64,000 bases of DNA from Oopsacas minuta (lineage: Eukaryota; Animalia; Porifera). The stretch lies in the NCBI GenBank assembly GCA_024704765.1, contig JAKMXF010000315.1, positions 211,084 through 275,083 on the forward strand. The letters run 5' to 3'. Numbering within the stretch: the stretch's first letter is position 1; the number at the start of each line of letters is the position of its first letter. The translations under genes were made by a program, and so were the position numbers. This document shows positions 51,968 to 63,998 of this stretch, in pieces. The notes under the pieces are model-generated. The model was not told where the DNA came from and searched no databases. It was given only the letters and a program-made list of their open reading frames with translations.

Positions 51968-52263
51968 GCATTAACAGATAAAATTTTGGAAAAAGTAGGC
52001 TCTCAAATTACATCCTATAGTGTAAAGAAATCCGCAGGTACTGATATTTATTTTGAGTTTTGTTACTTATTTCCACTTCCGGTACAACTATAGAATCCGA
52101 CACGCCCCAACTTTTTTAATGTAGTCAAAAATCGCTATATGCACCGTTGAGGAACTCGTTGAAAGAAGCTGATAGAGCTTTCGAACTCAAAAATCGGATG
52201 GAAACTGACGAAGTTACGAAAAATCTCCTAAATAAGCCAAATCCTATGGAGAAAATTGTATTA

Positions 52264-52426
52264 TGTAACGCTGACGCATTATTAGTAAACCATAACATAA
52301 TATACTAGTAGGTTAACGTAGTACTCCAACCTTTACACAGTAGTTAGTAACTTAGGATAGACCTGATCTTATTTGTATTTCTATTAAACACTTACCCCCA
52401 GCTTGTTAAACTATCGTTGCGTCACA
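52264..52426 (+). repeat. 5' LTR
   Basis: TGTAACGC...GCGTCACA; no differences from the 3' LTR seen by eye; ATTAAA at 52383. Confidence 0.97.
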
Positions 52427-52455
52427 TAAATACAAATATTCAGCGTCAAGATAAG

Positions 52456-53775
52456 ATGGCCGCACCCATGAATATTTCAATCCCACCCCTGAAACCGGGA
52501 GAACGTATAGAAGAATGGCAACCACTGTTTGTAGCTGCAACTAGCGCGCTTGCAGCCCATGCTGGTGACAAGGCAGTCATCCAGATCTTGCCTTCGTACG
52601 TATGCAGGGACGAGTTTGAGAAGGACACGACGCTGTTAGCTATAAAGGAAGAAACAATTGAAGCAGCATTCAAAGTTCTCAGCAACGCCTTAGACGCCCC
52701 AATCGATGAGTTCGACGCTACCTCAAGATTCCGTAGTATGGTATGGGCGAGAGGAACACGTATCGAAGTGTTTTTTACACGGTTATGGAAGGAAGCAAAA
52801 CGAGCAGGGTTTCTCAATCAGCAAGTCTGCATAACGTTAGTAACTCAACTCCCAGGCAAGGCGTGTTCAAGTGTAAAGAAGTGGGTACGCGAACGAGTCG
52901 TAGTAACTGATGAGCAGATGCGGGAGTTTATAGGTTTCGTTCAACAGAATTTGCGCCAGGCTGATGTGCTTTTAGATTTTGGAAGTCGAGAAGCTCCCGA
53001 GGAAAAAACGGTCGGTCAGTGCAAAGTGGTTACCGAAGAAGCAAAGGAAGACCAGCAGTCGAACGATTCAGATGCAGATCCAGTAACCCCTCATGTGTGG
53101 AAGGTCCGACAATACGGAACCGAAAGGAGGGCCGAGCGAGGCTACAGAGGCGCATCGCGTGATTACTGGCAAATAACCTGTTTTACGTGTGGCAGAAGAG
53201 GGCATGGTTACCAGAGATGTCCAGATCGGATTTGCAAAGGGTGTCATGGGAAGGGGCATGACGTAGAAGATTGTACGACCGAATGGCGAGGTAACATCGG
53301 AAGAAGAGGAAGGAAGTTCATAAGAAAAGATTTCGTAAAAGAGTTGCGAGTTGGCAACCAGGTAGACGAAAGAGCCGCATCCATTGTGGTGAGGATCGGG
53401 GATAGCGACATTCGCGCCCTATTAGATACAGGAGCGAAGGTCAATGTTATGGACGTGCAAACCATGCGGGAGTTAGGATTGACCAACCGCTTAAGGCCCG
53501 TAACTGGACAAGTTTATGGGGTCGGTGGAGCACCGGTTACAGTTGTTGGAAAGATGGACGTTCCGATTAGGGTGAGCAATGAAGAAGCCCATTGGACGCG
53601 AGTACACGTATTAGAGGGCGAAGAACAAGCTTTGTTATTGGGACGGCAATTTCTCAAGTCTTTTGGACGCGTAACGTTTGATTGGGACGAGGGGTTATTA
53701 TACTGGGTAAGATCAAGATTGATATACAGGAACAGGCAATTGGAGGGGACCCACTGGCCAGAGCACGCTCGGTAA
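52456..53775 (+). CDS. Gag-protease (two CCHC knuckles, aspartic protease)
   Basis: ATG at 52456; CFTCGRRGHGYQRC, CKGCHGKGHDVEDC and LLDTGA. The frame diverges from pol after ~53695. Confidence 0.9.
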   Translation: MAAPMNISIPPLKPGERIEEWQPLFVAATSALAAHAGDKAVIQILPSYVCRDEFEKDTTLLAIKEETIEAAFKVLSNALDAPIDEFDATSRFRSMVWARGTRIEVFFTRLWKEAKRAGFLNQQVCITLVTQLPGKACSSVKKWVRERVVVTDEQMREFIGFVQQNLRQADVLLDFGSREAPEEKTVGQCKVVTEEAKEDQQSNDSDADPVTPHVWKVRQYGTERRAERGYRGASRDYWQITCFTCGRRGHGYQRCPDRICKGCHGKGHDVEDCTTEWRGNIGRRGRKFIRKDFVKELRVGNQVDERAASIVVRIGDSDIRALLDTGAKVNVMDVQTMRELGLTNRLRPVTGQVYGVGGAPVTVVGKMDVPIRVSNEEAHWTRVHVLEGEEQALLLGRQFLKSFGRVTFDWDEGLLYWVRSRLIYRNRQLEGTHWPEHAR

Positions 53776-56700
53776 AACAGATAAGCAACTTCGAGGACGA
53801 TGAGAGAGTCGAAGGCAGCCAGACCGACTTAAAGGGCGAATAACAGACGAAGTTTGCAGCTTTGGTGAAAGAATTTGAGCCGCTATTTAACGATATGCCA
53901 GGGCGAACCACATTGTGTGAGCATGTGATAGAAACGAAAGATGCAGCACCAAGCCGAACGAGATGCAGAAGACTGCCGCCGCAATGGGAAGACGAAATCA
54001 ATGCGCAGTTGGAGGAATTATTGAGTCGAGGATTATGCAGACCCTCAAAATCACCGTGGGCGAGTAACGTAGTTTTGGTCACCAAAAAGGACGGTAAGAA
54101 GCGTTTCGCCATTGACTACCGCGGGTTGAACAGTGCAACAAAGAAGGATGCATATGGCATACCACAGGTACAGGCTATTTTGGACAGGTTGCAAGGTTTT
54201 CAATATTTTTCGGTAATTGATATCTCAGCAGCGTACTGGTGTGTACCCATGCGAGAAGGAGATATAGAAAAGACGGCGTTTAACACTCCGAGAGGCCTTT
54301 TTGAGATGACAGTTATGCCGTTTGGATTGGTGAACGCACAGGCTACCTTCCAAAGACTTATGGACAATACGCTACAAGGGGTCAAGCGCTCAGAGTCATA
54401 TATTGATGATTGTATAATTTATTCCCATTCCTTTGAGCAACATATGGAGGACCTACGCACAGTGCTGACCCGCCTGCGCCAAGCCAAGCTTCACGTAAAG
54501 CTACATAAATGTCAGTTTGCGCGTAAAGAAGTCGAGTTCCTAAGGCATGTCGTATCCAGAAGTGGTCGAAGACCCATAAGTTCCGCGGCTGAGAAACTAG
54601 CCAATTTCCCAAGGCCCCAAGGAGTAACAGAACTGCAGCGTTTTTTGGGCAGCCTGAATTTCTATCGTTCATACATCCCGGAGTTGGCCCGTTTAGCCAC
54701 GCCCCTCTACGAATTGACAAGAAAAGGGGCTAATTGGGTGTGGAGTAATAAATGCGAGAACGCGTTTGACTCCCTGCGGCACAAGCTGATTCAAGAACCA
54801 ATATTGCTGGCATTCCCAGCCTGGAAGGAGAAATTCGTGATTGAGGCAGATGCCAGCACCACGGCTGTAGCAGCAGTATTGTCTCAACGAAACGCGGAGA
54901 CAGGACAGTTGCACCCCGTAGACTACTTCTCATCCTCACTTAGCGGCGCGCAAAGGAATTATAGCGCGGGGCAGCTAGAAGCATGGGCACTTGTCTCCGC
55001 TTGCCGGAAATGGCGGACCTACTTAGGAGCCAGAGGTGAAGTTGAACTAATAACAGACCACTGTCCATTAAAATGGCTGCGCAACCAAAAGGATCCTCGG
55101 AGGACATTCGCCAGATGGATCCTAGAGTTGGAAGAATATTCGTATGTCATAACCCACCGACCCGGCAAAGAGAACAATTTACCAGACTATTTAAGCAGGA
55201 ATCCAAATGTAGCAGTCGACGAGAAAGTCCAAGATGAGAGTATCTTCGAGGACAAGGTCTTTACAGTAAAGACTAGGGTTAGAGTGGAGACCAGGTGGGA
55301 TGCGGTTTTAATGCGGAAACAACAGAACCAGGACGCAGTAACGAAAGACGCACTTAATCAACTAGAGACAAAGGGAAGAGTTAGCACCGGACAACTATGT
55401 AATATCGCAGAGGGTTTAGATGTCGCGAGTGACCTACTACTTTTTCGGGACCGGGTAGTGGTCCCAAGGGAGGCTCAAGAGGAAGTGATGAGAAGAGTAC
55501 ACGCCGCGGGGCACTTCGGCCAGAGGAGGACGTTGCAAAATCTCCAAAGAAGTTATTTTGGGGGAGGTATGGCTAGGGACACGCGCAAGTACTGTCGGAG
55601 CTGCCTTACATGCTAGAAAGCCAAGGGGTCAAACCGGGTGAGAGTGCCGATCCAAGAGTTTAGTGTTGAAGGGCTAGGTCCGGGGGACTTGGTAGCCATG
55701 GATATCGGGACCCTACCTTGGACGGACGAGAAGTTTCGATACTTCTTGTGTATGGTAGATGTTTTTACACGCTACATCGAATTGGTTCCCCTTCAGGAGC
55801 AAACCGCGGCCTCACTGATACGGGAATTTGAGCGGGGATGGATCTTCCGAGGGCATGGTGTGCCTAGGGGCCTGTTGTCAGATCAGGCCCGCAATATAGA
55901 TGGGGTTGAAGTCAGGAGGATGTGCGATAGGTTGGGCATTGAGAAACGTCACTCCTCACCTTATCATCCGCAAGCAGATGGACTTGTCGAAAGGAGCATA
56001 GGCTTAGTCAAGCAAGTGGCTAGATGCTTAACACTAGACCGCCAACTTCCAAAAGAATCATGGCCGGACATCTTGCCCGAAGTGGCCTTCTATTGTAATA
56101 ACACCCAAAATGCCTCTACTAAACTCTCGGCACAGCTCTTGATGACAGGTAGACAACCATTATCCCCCATAGATGCGATATTGAGTAGAAGGAAGTGGAC
56201 GGAAGAACTTAGCCACAGTCAGCAGGTAGAGAGACTGCAGCAACTCTCCTCAGAATTGAAGTGCCTAGCTGCCGAGAATGACAGGATAAGTAGAATGGAC
56301 AGGAACTTTAGCAGAAATCAAGGTACTCGTCTCCACCCGTTTGCAAAGGACGACTTGGTGTTAGAAACCAATGAGAGGTGCAAAGATTCGCTGGACCCTA
56401 AATATAAGGGGCCGTATACAGTTTTAGACGTTAGGGGTGCGAACGTCAAGATAAAGAAGAAAGGCAAACTGAAATGGATTCATGTAAGTCGTTGCAAGTT
56501 GTTCAAGGAGGGAGCTCAGTTGTCCAACAACTCAAGTGTTGTAGTTCAAGCCGCGGTGGCGGAAGGTCCAGAGGGGAATGATTCAGGAAGGGAAGAGCAG
56601 GTTGATGCAAGTTGCGAGCCCATTGGGCAGGAGCCGTCAACTGATACTACGGAGATAGAAAGCTCAACGGAGGCGGAACTAGAACCGGATGGGCAGGAGG

Positions 56701-56804
56701 TTCTACTCCCGACCCAAAGGAGGTATCCTTTGCGCGATCGCAGAGCTAAGAAATACGATGACTACGTGCTGGAGACCCACCAAGACACAGGCCCATTCGT
56801 TTGA
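53697..56804 (+). pseudogene. Pol (RT-RNaseH-integrase) with two in-frame stops
   Basis: SPWASNVVLV, MPFGL, YIDD, EADAS...YSAGQLEA...TDH, HHCC finger, D..SDQ..E integrase and GPY motif. In-frame TAA at 53841 and TAG at 55614. Confidence 0.92.
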
Positions 56805-56815
56805 AGGAGGAGTGA

Positions 56816-56978
56816 TGTAACGCTGACGCATTATTAGTAAACCATAACATAATATACTAGTAGGTTAACGTAGTACTCCAACCTTTACACAGTAGTTAGT
56901 AACTTAGGATAGACCTGATCTTATTTGTATTTCTATTAAACACTTACCCCCAGCTTGTTAAACTATCGTTGCGTCACA
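56816..56978 (+). repeat. 3' LTR
   Basis: Same 163-bp sequence as 52264-52426. Confidence 0.97.
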
Positions 56979-58278
56979 ATTAGCTACTATACTGAAATAA
57001 TGCTGATGAATTCTATACAAACTACCATAGGAATGCACATATAATCAATCTTGCGGTTATCAACGCTTGCGTCAGTTGATTGATTCTTTTATGAATTTAT
57101 TAGTTTGCGTAATTTGTAGTTATTGCTATTAAGAACGGTCAATTTAAACCTGGTGTGGCCTGGTTCCCAAAGGGGCGAAAACCTGGTCACACCGTATATC
57201 TCGAAAACTATAATTCGCATCGCTTAGCTTTAAAAAGGAAAACGGTAGGTCTTGGCCTCATCTAGCCAAAAAATACCACTTGGCCCACATCTAGCTATCC
57301 TAACAATAGGTGTTATGCACTATTAATGTTGCCAAATAATCATCAAGTACATTTCAAAGATATCTTAACTAGGATTCATTTGTTGCTTAGAAAAACACAT
57401 CTTGAACTAAGATGAATGATAAAGACATTTCAGTATCGCCAAATTTACTCTGTTGGTGATACATATTAGTTGTTTAGTATATCTGTACATGCGGCTTCTT
57501 TACTTAATGATTCTAGATGTTTGTTACTAGCCTCACAGTCCCCATTACAGCTATACAGTAAGTTTCCGGATACAAAGTGGCGTAACATGCTACCATGGGC
57601 GTAATTCCCAGGGGGACGGAGGAGGAAGTGTCCCCCCACTTTTGAATAATTTGCGATGATGTACGATCATTTTCGTACCAAATCACAAGATTTTACAATT
57701 CGTCCCATAATTTATGGATCTATGCCCTTGTTTACCAGCGCCATCCCTCACCCATGTTCCAAGTTAACATATTTTGCTCATAATTTACACATTCTTTGCT
57801 AAAGTCAGTGTGGTTACAATGTAGTTTGTGCAAATTGGGTTCCAGCACTGATTCACAATATATTTTTCAGATCGGCTAAAGGAATTTCCATAGGAAATAC
57901 GTGCATTGTTAAGCCCACAATACACCATGCGACTGGATTGATTGCAACTGTTTATGCAACAAAATTGCATCGTATATGGTGGGCTTTAGGTTATATTATA
58001 CCTGTGTATGATTTGACTGAAATTCCCAACAATTCAATGATCATAGTATATGAATTGAATATACGTACTACTCGTGGTATAGTTAATCGTTGATAGTAAC
58101 TTGATATCACTATGATTTTCTATCACTAATGAAAATCTACATTCCTTTGAACAAATTATACTCAAGTTACACTGTGCAATAAAATGTTGACCACAAACAA
58201 CCACATAATCTAAGCTTTAATTGTGTCGCTTAAGTAAAAAGCATTCCAAAAATGTGAATGGGTTGTAATGTATGTTAG

Positions 58279-58286
58279 TATATAAA
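58279..58286 (+). promoter_or_regulatory. Candidate TATA box for the Merlin transposase
   Basis: TATATAAA 49 bp upstream of ATG 58335. Confidence 0.4.
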
Positions 58287-58334
58287 GACCATTCGTACAT
58301 TATTTTGTAATATACTACTATCATTCAAACCACA

Positions 58335-59261
58335 ATGGACCACACAATATTACTCGAACCCTTGATTATTCCTGACATTTCAGCAAGCTTTTTACTGTCT
58401 GATCTCTTTCAGTTGTCTTCTTCTCTGGAAAATACTATAGATTGGCTTAAGCATTATGGCTTGTTACCACGAGGAGTCCAGTGCAGATGCGGCTCAATAA
58501 TGTATGTAGGTACATTTACCGATTCTAAGGACAATAAGAAATGGAGATGTAGAGCGTGTAAGACAACCTGTTCACTTCGTTATGAGTCTTTCTTCAAGGG
58601 TTCAAACCTATCTATTCCCTCACAAATGCAGTTCTTGTATTTTTGGAGTGAAGATATACAGTCACACGCATTTCTTGAGAAACGATTGCAATGGTCTCCG
58701 AATACTGTTGTGAACTGGAAGAATTTTATGAGAGATATTTGCATTGAGGATCTAATAATAAATCAGGAGCCAATAGGTGGGCCCGGTAGAGTGGTGGAAA
58801 TTGATGAATCGAAATTTGGGAGACGAAAATATAACCGTGGTAGATTACTCACTGGTCAATGGGTTTTCGGTATATATGAGCAAGGTACTGATAACGTACT
58901 GATAATTCCAGTTCCCGATCGCTCAGGTGCAACCCTACTTCCCATCATTCAGCGATATGCATTACCTGGAACTACCATCCACTCAGACGAATGGGCTGCT
59001 TATAATGTTGTCCCAGCTGCCGGCTACGATCATCACACTGTGAACCATTCTGAGAATTTTGTGGATCCAATTGACGGTACTCATACACAAGGGATAGAAA
59101 ACGCTTGGGGTGTGGTCAAGAAAAGGCAAAGAAGAGGCCAAACAACAAATCCTGAATTGCTAGAATCCCACCTTATCGAGTCTTGTTGGAGAAGAAAGAA
59201 TAAAGGAAACATCCTAAACAGCATCGTCAAGTGCATTAGAGAATTATATCCTGTTGTGTAA
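58335..59261 (+). CDS. Merlin/ISXO2-like DDE transposase, intact 308 aa
   Basis: CxC...CxxC zinc ribbon; VVEIDESKFG, TIHSDEWAAY, VNHSENFVDP and THTQGIENAW; no stops. Confidence 0.92.
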   Translation: MDHTILLEPLIIPDISASFLLSDLFQLSSSLENTIDWLKHYGLLPRGVQCRCGSIMYVGTFTDSKDNKKWRCRACKTTCSLRYESFFKGSNLSIPSQMQFLYFWSEDIQSHAFLEKRLQWSPNTVVNWKNFMRDICIEDLIINQEPIGGPGRVVEIDESKFGRRKYNRGRLLTGQWVFGIYEQGTDNVLIIPVPDRSGATLLPIIQRYALPGTTIHSDEWAAYNVVPAAGYDHHTVNHSENFVDPIDGTHTQGIENAWGVVKKRQRRGQTTNPELLESHLIESCWRRKNKGNILNSIVKCIRELYPVV

Positions 59262-60775
59262 TTTAGTTGCTAATATATATAGTATTACTTTGTTAAGAAT
59301 AGTTACATTATACACTCTTACATCACATACTTGGTAAATGTTAGCATAAGCTATTCTAAGGGATATTGAAACTAGTAAATGCGCCCATATTGCCTCGAAT
59401 AACTGCCCCTAGGGCATAGGGTAGCTTGAAATAAATACTCACCCCGGCTAACATTAGAAGTTATGTAGTGTTGTTAACAGAATACTTGTTGTTTATTGTT
59501 AACGACATACTATTATTAGCTATGAACAGTAACAATTACAACTTCCGTTGGACAATAACAGCTATTGCCGGGCTGTTTCTATTCCTGTCGTATTGATGTT
59601 GTGATCCCTGTGTAAGCGCAGGAAGTATTTCAGATCATACATATTTACAAATAATTTTACACAAACGAGCTGAAGAACTAGTTCAACGAAGAGATTACTA
59701 TTTGCAGACAGTTTACATGCAAACGGACCGAAACAATAATACAGAAAAAGTCCCACTGCAACAATTCAACTTGTGCTTTTAACATCAGCCCAGACCCAGG
59801 AGCAACCATGACACTATCTAATCCCGTTCATCTATCGCTAGCGTATAGACTCAAAGGTCCCTAAAACAGCAAACGCGTTTGCACCTGGATAACAACATGA
59901 ATACTAAGTTGGATCCGGTCATTTGCAGCTAGAAAATGGGTGAATAAACGTATTAATTATGAAGGTTGTGGCATGCCTCCTTTTGTTGCTTCTAGGGTTT
60001 CTGAAGCCAGTGCGATAAAATGACAAGCAAGGGAGCCAGTTCTACTTAGGTTAAATATATAAATTTGGGACATTTCTGAGCAACAAATGAATCCTAGTTA
60101 AGATATCTTTGAAATGTACTTGATGATTATTTGGCAACATTAATAGTGCATAACACCTATTGTTAGGATAGCTAGATGTGGGCCAAGTGGTATTTTTTGG
60201 CTAGATGAGGCCAAGACCTACCGTTTTCCTTTTTAAAGCTAAGCGATGCGAATTATAGTTTTCGAGATATACGGTGTGACCAGGTTTTCGCCCCTTTGGG
60301 AACCAGGCCACACCAGGTTTAAATTGACCGTTCTTAATAGCAATAACTACAAATTACGCAAACTAATAAATTCATAAAAGAATCAATCAACTGACGCAAG
60401 CGTTGATAACCGCAAGATTGATTATATGTGCATTCCTATGGTAGTTTGTATAGAATTCATCAGCATTATTTCAGTATAGTAGCTAATACAATTTTCTCCA
60501 TAGGATTTGGCTTATTTAGGAGATTTTTCGTAACTTCGTCAGTTTCCATCCGATTTTTGAGTTCGAAAGCTCTATCAGCTTCTTTCAACGAGTTCCTCAA
60601 CGGTGCATATAGCGATTTTTGACTACATTAAAAAAGTTAGGGCGTGTCGGATTCTATAGTTGTACCCCACTTCCTTTATTAGCAAAATCACTAAATATGT
60701 TTCTCTATTAACTTTATACTTTACTCAATGAGTATTTCTCCTTGATTTTCAATTCTATGCCCTTGATTAGTCAAA

Positions 60776-63700
60776 ATGTCAAAGATACCCAAATTGACAA
60801 AGATTTATGCTATAATGGCACTGACTGACATATTGTCTGAGTTTCGTTCAGTTACAGGTGAATATGCTGGAGCTGTATTTTCATGGCATGGAAAGCTTGT
60901 CTCTTTGGGTCCAGGAAAATTTCAAAACTATATTACTGGGAATACCGATGAAATATCAAGAACTCTATTGTCAAACCAAATATCTACAAGTACGTCAGCG
61001 TCATCAAAGCCTGTGCGTGATCACGAAATCCACAAGCTATTAGGTGGAGATATATCTAGCTATAATGTACAGAAACTGTGAAGATTTGTTTCTGTGATTA
61101 TATAAGTATCAACTGGTGAGTCAACTGTGTGAATTTATATAATTATGAGTCACTGATTATATATCTCTGTATTTTAAGGAAAAGTATGTTTTTTTGGAAT
61201 GATCCTCCTCTCTAACCACCTTTTTGGCCCGAAAGAGCCCCTTTCGAAAACATAAAAAGCGCATGTAATATTCATCTACTTATGTTAATAGAGTCATATA
61301 AAGATTACTCTATGAACGCGCGAGTTTCATTTTGCCCTCAATCTCATAAGCCTCCAAGCTCTACTCAAGCATTGCGACATGATATCTACCATGACCGGTC
61401 TAGATTTCCTCTTGATTTCGCTACAGATGTAATACATCAAGAATCTGATGTAGACACTAGTGATGATTCCTTCGATGAACTTTTTCAGCAACGCGTTATT
61501 GCTTCGAACAAACCCTATTCCAGATCCTCAAACACCTACCCCAACATCCAGTCTGGTGACATTACTCGGAGTTAAGCCATTGGATCCTATTCAAATAATC
61601 ACTCCTTCCATTAGTTCAAATGAGAAAAACTTGTCAATTTCAGAATTGTCAAGTTATAATACTTTTCTAACAGGCACCACCATTAATTCATTCTGTGTAA
61701 GTCTATTATACATTGAAATTCAAATCAGTTTTGTTTGTAAATATTCTCATACCATATATGTATTTGCAGACATTATTGAAGAAGAATTTCCCACATTTCA
61801 GGGACTTCAGGGTACTATTCTCTCCGGAGTGAGTTTCTCATTTTGGAATTTTTTTTTAATTGTAAATCAATATTTCATATTTAATTTATTCTTAGAATCT
61901 TCAATTCGTCAAATCTCCTTGTCCTAGTATACAGCTGCATCACGATGGCGCACTTCACTGAGTTCGCTCCAGTATTGATGTTGAAGGGATGTAACTTCAT
62001 ATGATTCGCTATTTACTGTGAGAATTACTGGTGAATTAACTGTATAATTGGCCTTTCTATATGAGAATGATGCTGATCAGAGCTGAAGCACCCTTGCTCT
62101 AATTCAGCAGCAAAGAGGTGGCCCGGAGTGTGGTTTACTTGCAGCTGCAGTCTGTTTGACACTAGCAACAGGAGGCGAGCCGACCCAAGTATACAGGGTG
62201 TAACAAAAGTCTTGGCCGGTTCTCAATTGTAGATGGATTTAATGTATACTAGTAATTATAGCATACAACGGAAATGCTAATTGACTGATAGTTACTATAT
62301 AGTAACTACATTTATATTATAGGCATATTGAATACCTTCAACACTGCTCTCGAATTTCTTTTAGCATATTTACCTTACCAGTTCTTTTCGGGAAGATGAA
62401 TGTCTGTGATCACGGAGTCGAGCTCCGTTCTAAAGCAATTGGGAAGCTTGAAGGAGACATTACTCAAAAAGAGGTAGCTAAACTTCTAGATGTTGGAATA
62501 AGATCAGTACGGAGATGGTGGAGTCAACACAAATGCGGTGAGACTATGGAGACTAAGCCTCGATCTGGACGACCTCAAATTTTGAAACGGGTATCATGAG
62601 TTGTGATTAAGAAATCCTTGGAGAAAGGAGGTAATCAACCCGAAAATTGTCGAGGAGACTATCCATCAAAGGAAACTCCATATTTCACATCACAATTCAG
62701 CGGCACTTGACACAAAGGCTTGATGCCAGACCCTATGAACGTCCCAAATGGCCAAAAGTTACACAAAAAATCAACGAAAATCGATTGAAATTCGCTCGGG
62801 ATCATGAGAATTGGTCTTTCGAAGATTGGAATAAGGTGTTCTCGTCTGATGAATCACCCTTTGAGTTATTTCATTCGCCAAACCTGACAGAATGATCGAG
62901 TATGGGCAATTGGTTCACAAAATATTGAGTCTATTTTTCAGGTCAAATTCCCAGCGAAATTATGGTCTGGGGAATGATGTTACACAGAGCGCTGTCAGAA
63001 CTGCACATTCTACCCCAAAAACAGACTGTCGATGGAGCCTAATATAGGAACGAAATATTGAAGAAAACCTGCCTGGATGCGATCGCTCGTAAGGCTAAAA
63101 AGGGGTCCGTTATTGAGAGGTCCATGTTGGAAAACATGTCAGAATTTCTGTTCATGCAGGATGGTGCCCCCGCACACACAGTCAATGTCACGCAGCAGTG
63201 GTGTTCAGAGAAGTTCCCTCGATTTTCGAAGAAAGGAGAGTGGCCAGCTAACTCCTCCGACTTGAATCCGATTGAAAATCTTTGGGGTATTATATATGAA
63301 CGGTGGGATGAAATGGGGAAGGTCACCACGATTCAGACCCTAATTGCAAACCTAAAAATGGCATGGAAGACGATTTCACCGAACTTATTTCGAAACCTGG
63401 TGAATGGGATGCCTAATCGAATGAAATTAGTTTTAGAAAGAGATGGTGATTATATTGGTAAATAATTAGATATGTGACCTTGAAATATTTTATGTGGGCC
63501 ACCATAATACAACCGGACAAGACTTTTGTCACACCCTGTACTGGAACCAGTCAAGAATAAGATCTCACCTAACTGATTGTTTCAACTGCGAAATTTTTAC
63601 ACCCTTTCCTAAGATAGAAAGCATAGTATTGCGATCTCACCTGAGTACTAATATTGGGACAGATTTAAAGAGAAAGTGATGGTGTTTGTGTCATCTACCC

Positions 63701-63839
63701 AGTTGCGCCTCAAAAAATATGATTGAATGTCCCAAATGTCTTAAATGGTTCCACAAACCAGGTGTAGGACTTGAAAAATATTGACAAAGACATCGATAAC
63801 TTTTATTGTCACAATTATCGTGAGTCTCCTAACAAATAA
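60776..63839 (+). pseudogene. Multi-exon pseudogene: NRF1/EWG-like DNA-binding domain + Ulp1/C48-like protease + PHD finger
   Basis: LTDILSEFRSVTGEYA, KL*RFVSVII*VSTG and PPFWPERAPFENIKS (NRF1-like). INSF...EFPTFQGLQ, IQLHHDGALH*V, YDSL and QQQRGGPECGLLA (Ulp1-like H/D/Q/C). CLC...MIECPKCLKWFHKP(G)V...FYCHN(Y) (PHD). GT-AG introns at 61116-61178, ~61695-61769 and 61812-61895. Split by a Tc1 element. Confidence 0.72.
62194..63538 (+). mobile_element. Tc1/mariner-superfamily DD37E element, full length, defective
   Basis: TA flanks (62192-93, 63539-40) and 28-bp TIRs with 2 mismatches. FSSDESP and FMQDGAPAH...WPANSSDLNPIENLW, exactly 37 aa between D and E. Confidence 0.93.
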
Positions 63840-63881
63840 ACTATTTTCATATATTATTATTTTGTGATACAATATGTTGAT

Positions 63882-63998
63882 TCACAAACAAGCTAGAAAA
63901 TTTCTTGTAGTGAGGAATATATTAACAATTCGTATTAATGCGATTTGTGTTGCTATCCTTCTTAGTGATGAAAACAACTGCTCGCAAATTTGTGGGTT
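63882..63998 (-). other. Possible C-terminus of a KDZ/Zisupton-like transposase running off the window
   Basis: NPQICEQLFSSLRRIATQIALIRIVNIFLTTRNFLACL* resembles the N-x-Q/E-x-x-EQ-x-x-S-x-L catalytic-E helix. Only 38 aa are visible. Confidence 0.4.

Larger units (their letters stand above)
52264..56978 (+). mobile_element. Ty3/Gypsy LTR retrotransposon provirus (4,715 bp)
   Basis: Two 163-bp LTRs (TG...CA), 4-bp TSD ATTA, PPT GAAGGAGGAGTGA (56803-15), domain order gag-PR-RT-RH-IN. Confidence 0.97.
52081..60666 (+). mobile_element. Merlin (IS1016/ISXO2-like) DNA transposon with 594-bp TIRs; left TIR interrupted by Gypsy
   Basis: Ends GGTACAACTATAG and perfect 8-bp TSD CCACTTCC (52073-80, 60667-74). 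Left TIR is 52081-52263 plus 56983-57393; right TIR is 60073-60666. Confidence 0.93.

Noticed and set aside
53689-53697. Programmed -1 frameshift between protease and RT
   Set aside because: GGGGTTA is not a canonical X XXY YYZ slippery site; a one-base loss in a G run is simpler.
55614-55622. Programmed stop-codon readthrough in pol
   Set aside because: The stop falls right after the integrase HHCC finger, has no known readthrough context, and a second stop exists at 53841.
57594-57756. hAT-type MITE inside the Merlin element (CATGGG ends)
   Set aside because: Only 6-8 bp of terminal match and no TSD.
59520-59900. Passenger gene in Merlin downstream of the transposase
   Set aside because: Short open frames on both strands with no start/splice structure or recognisable motif.
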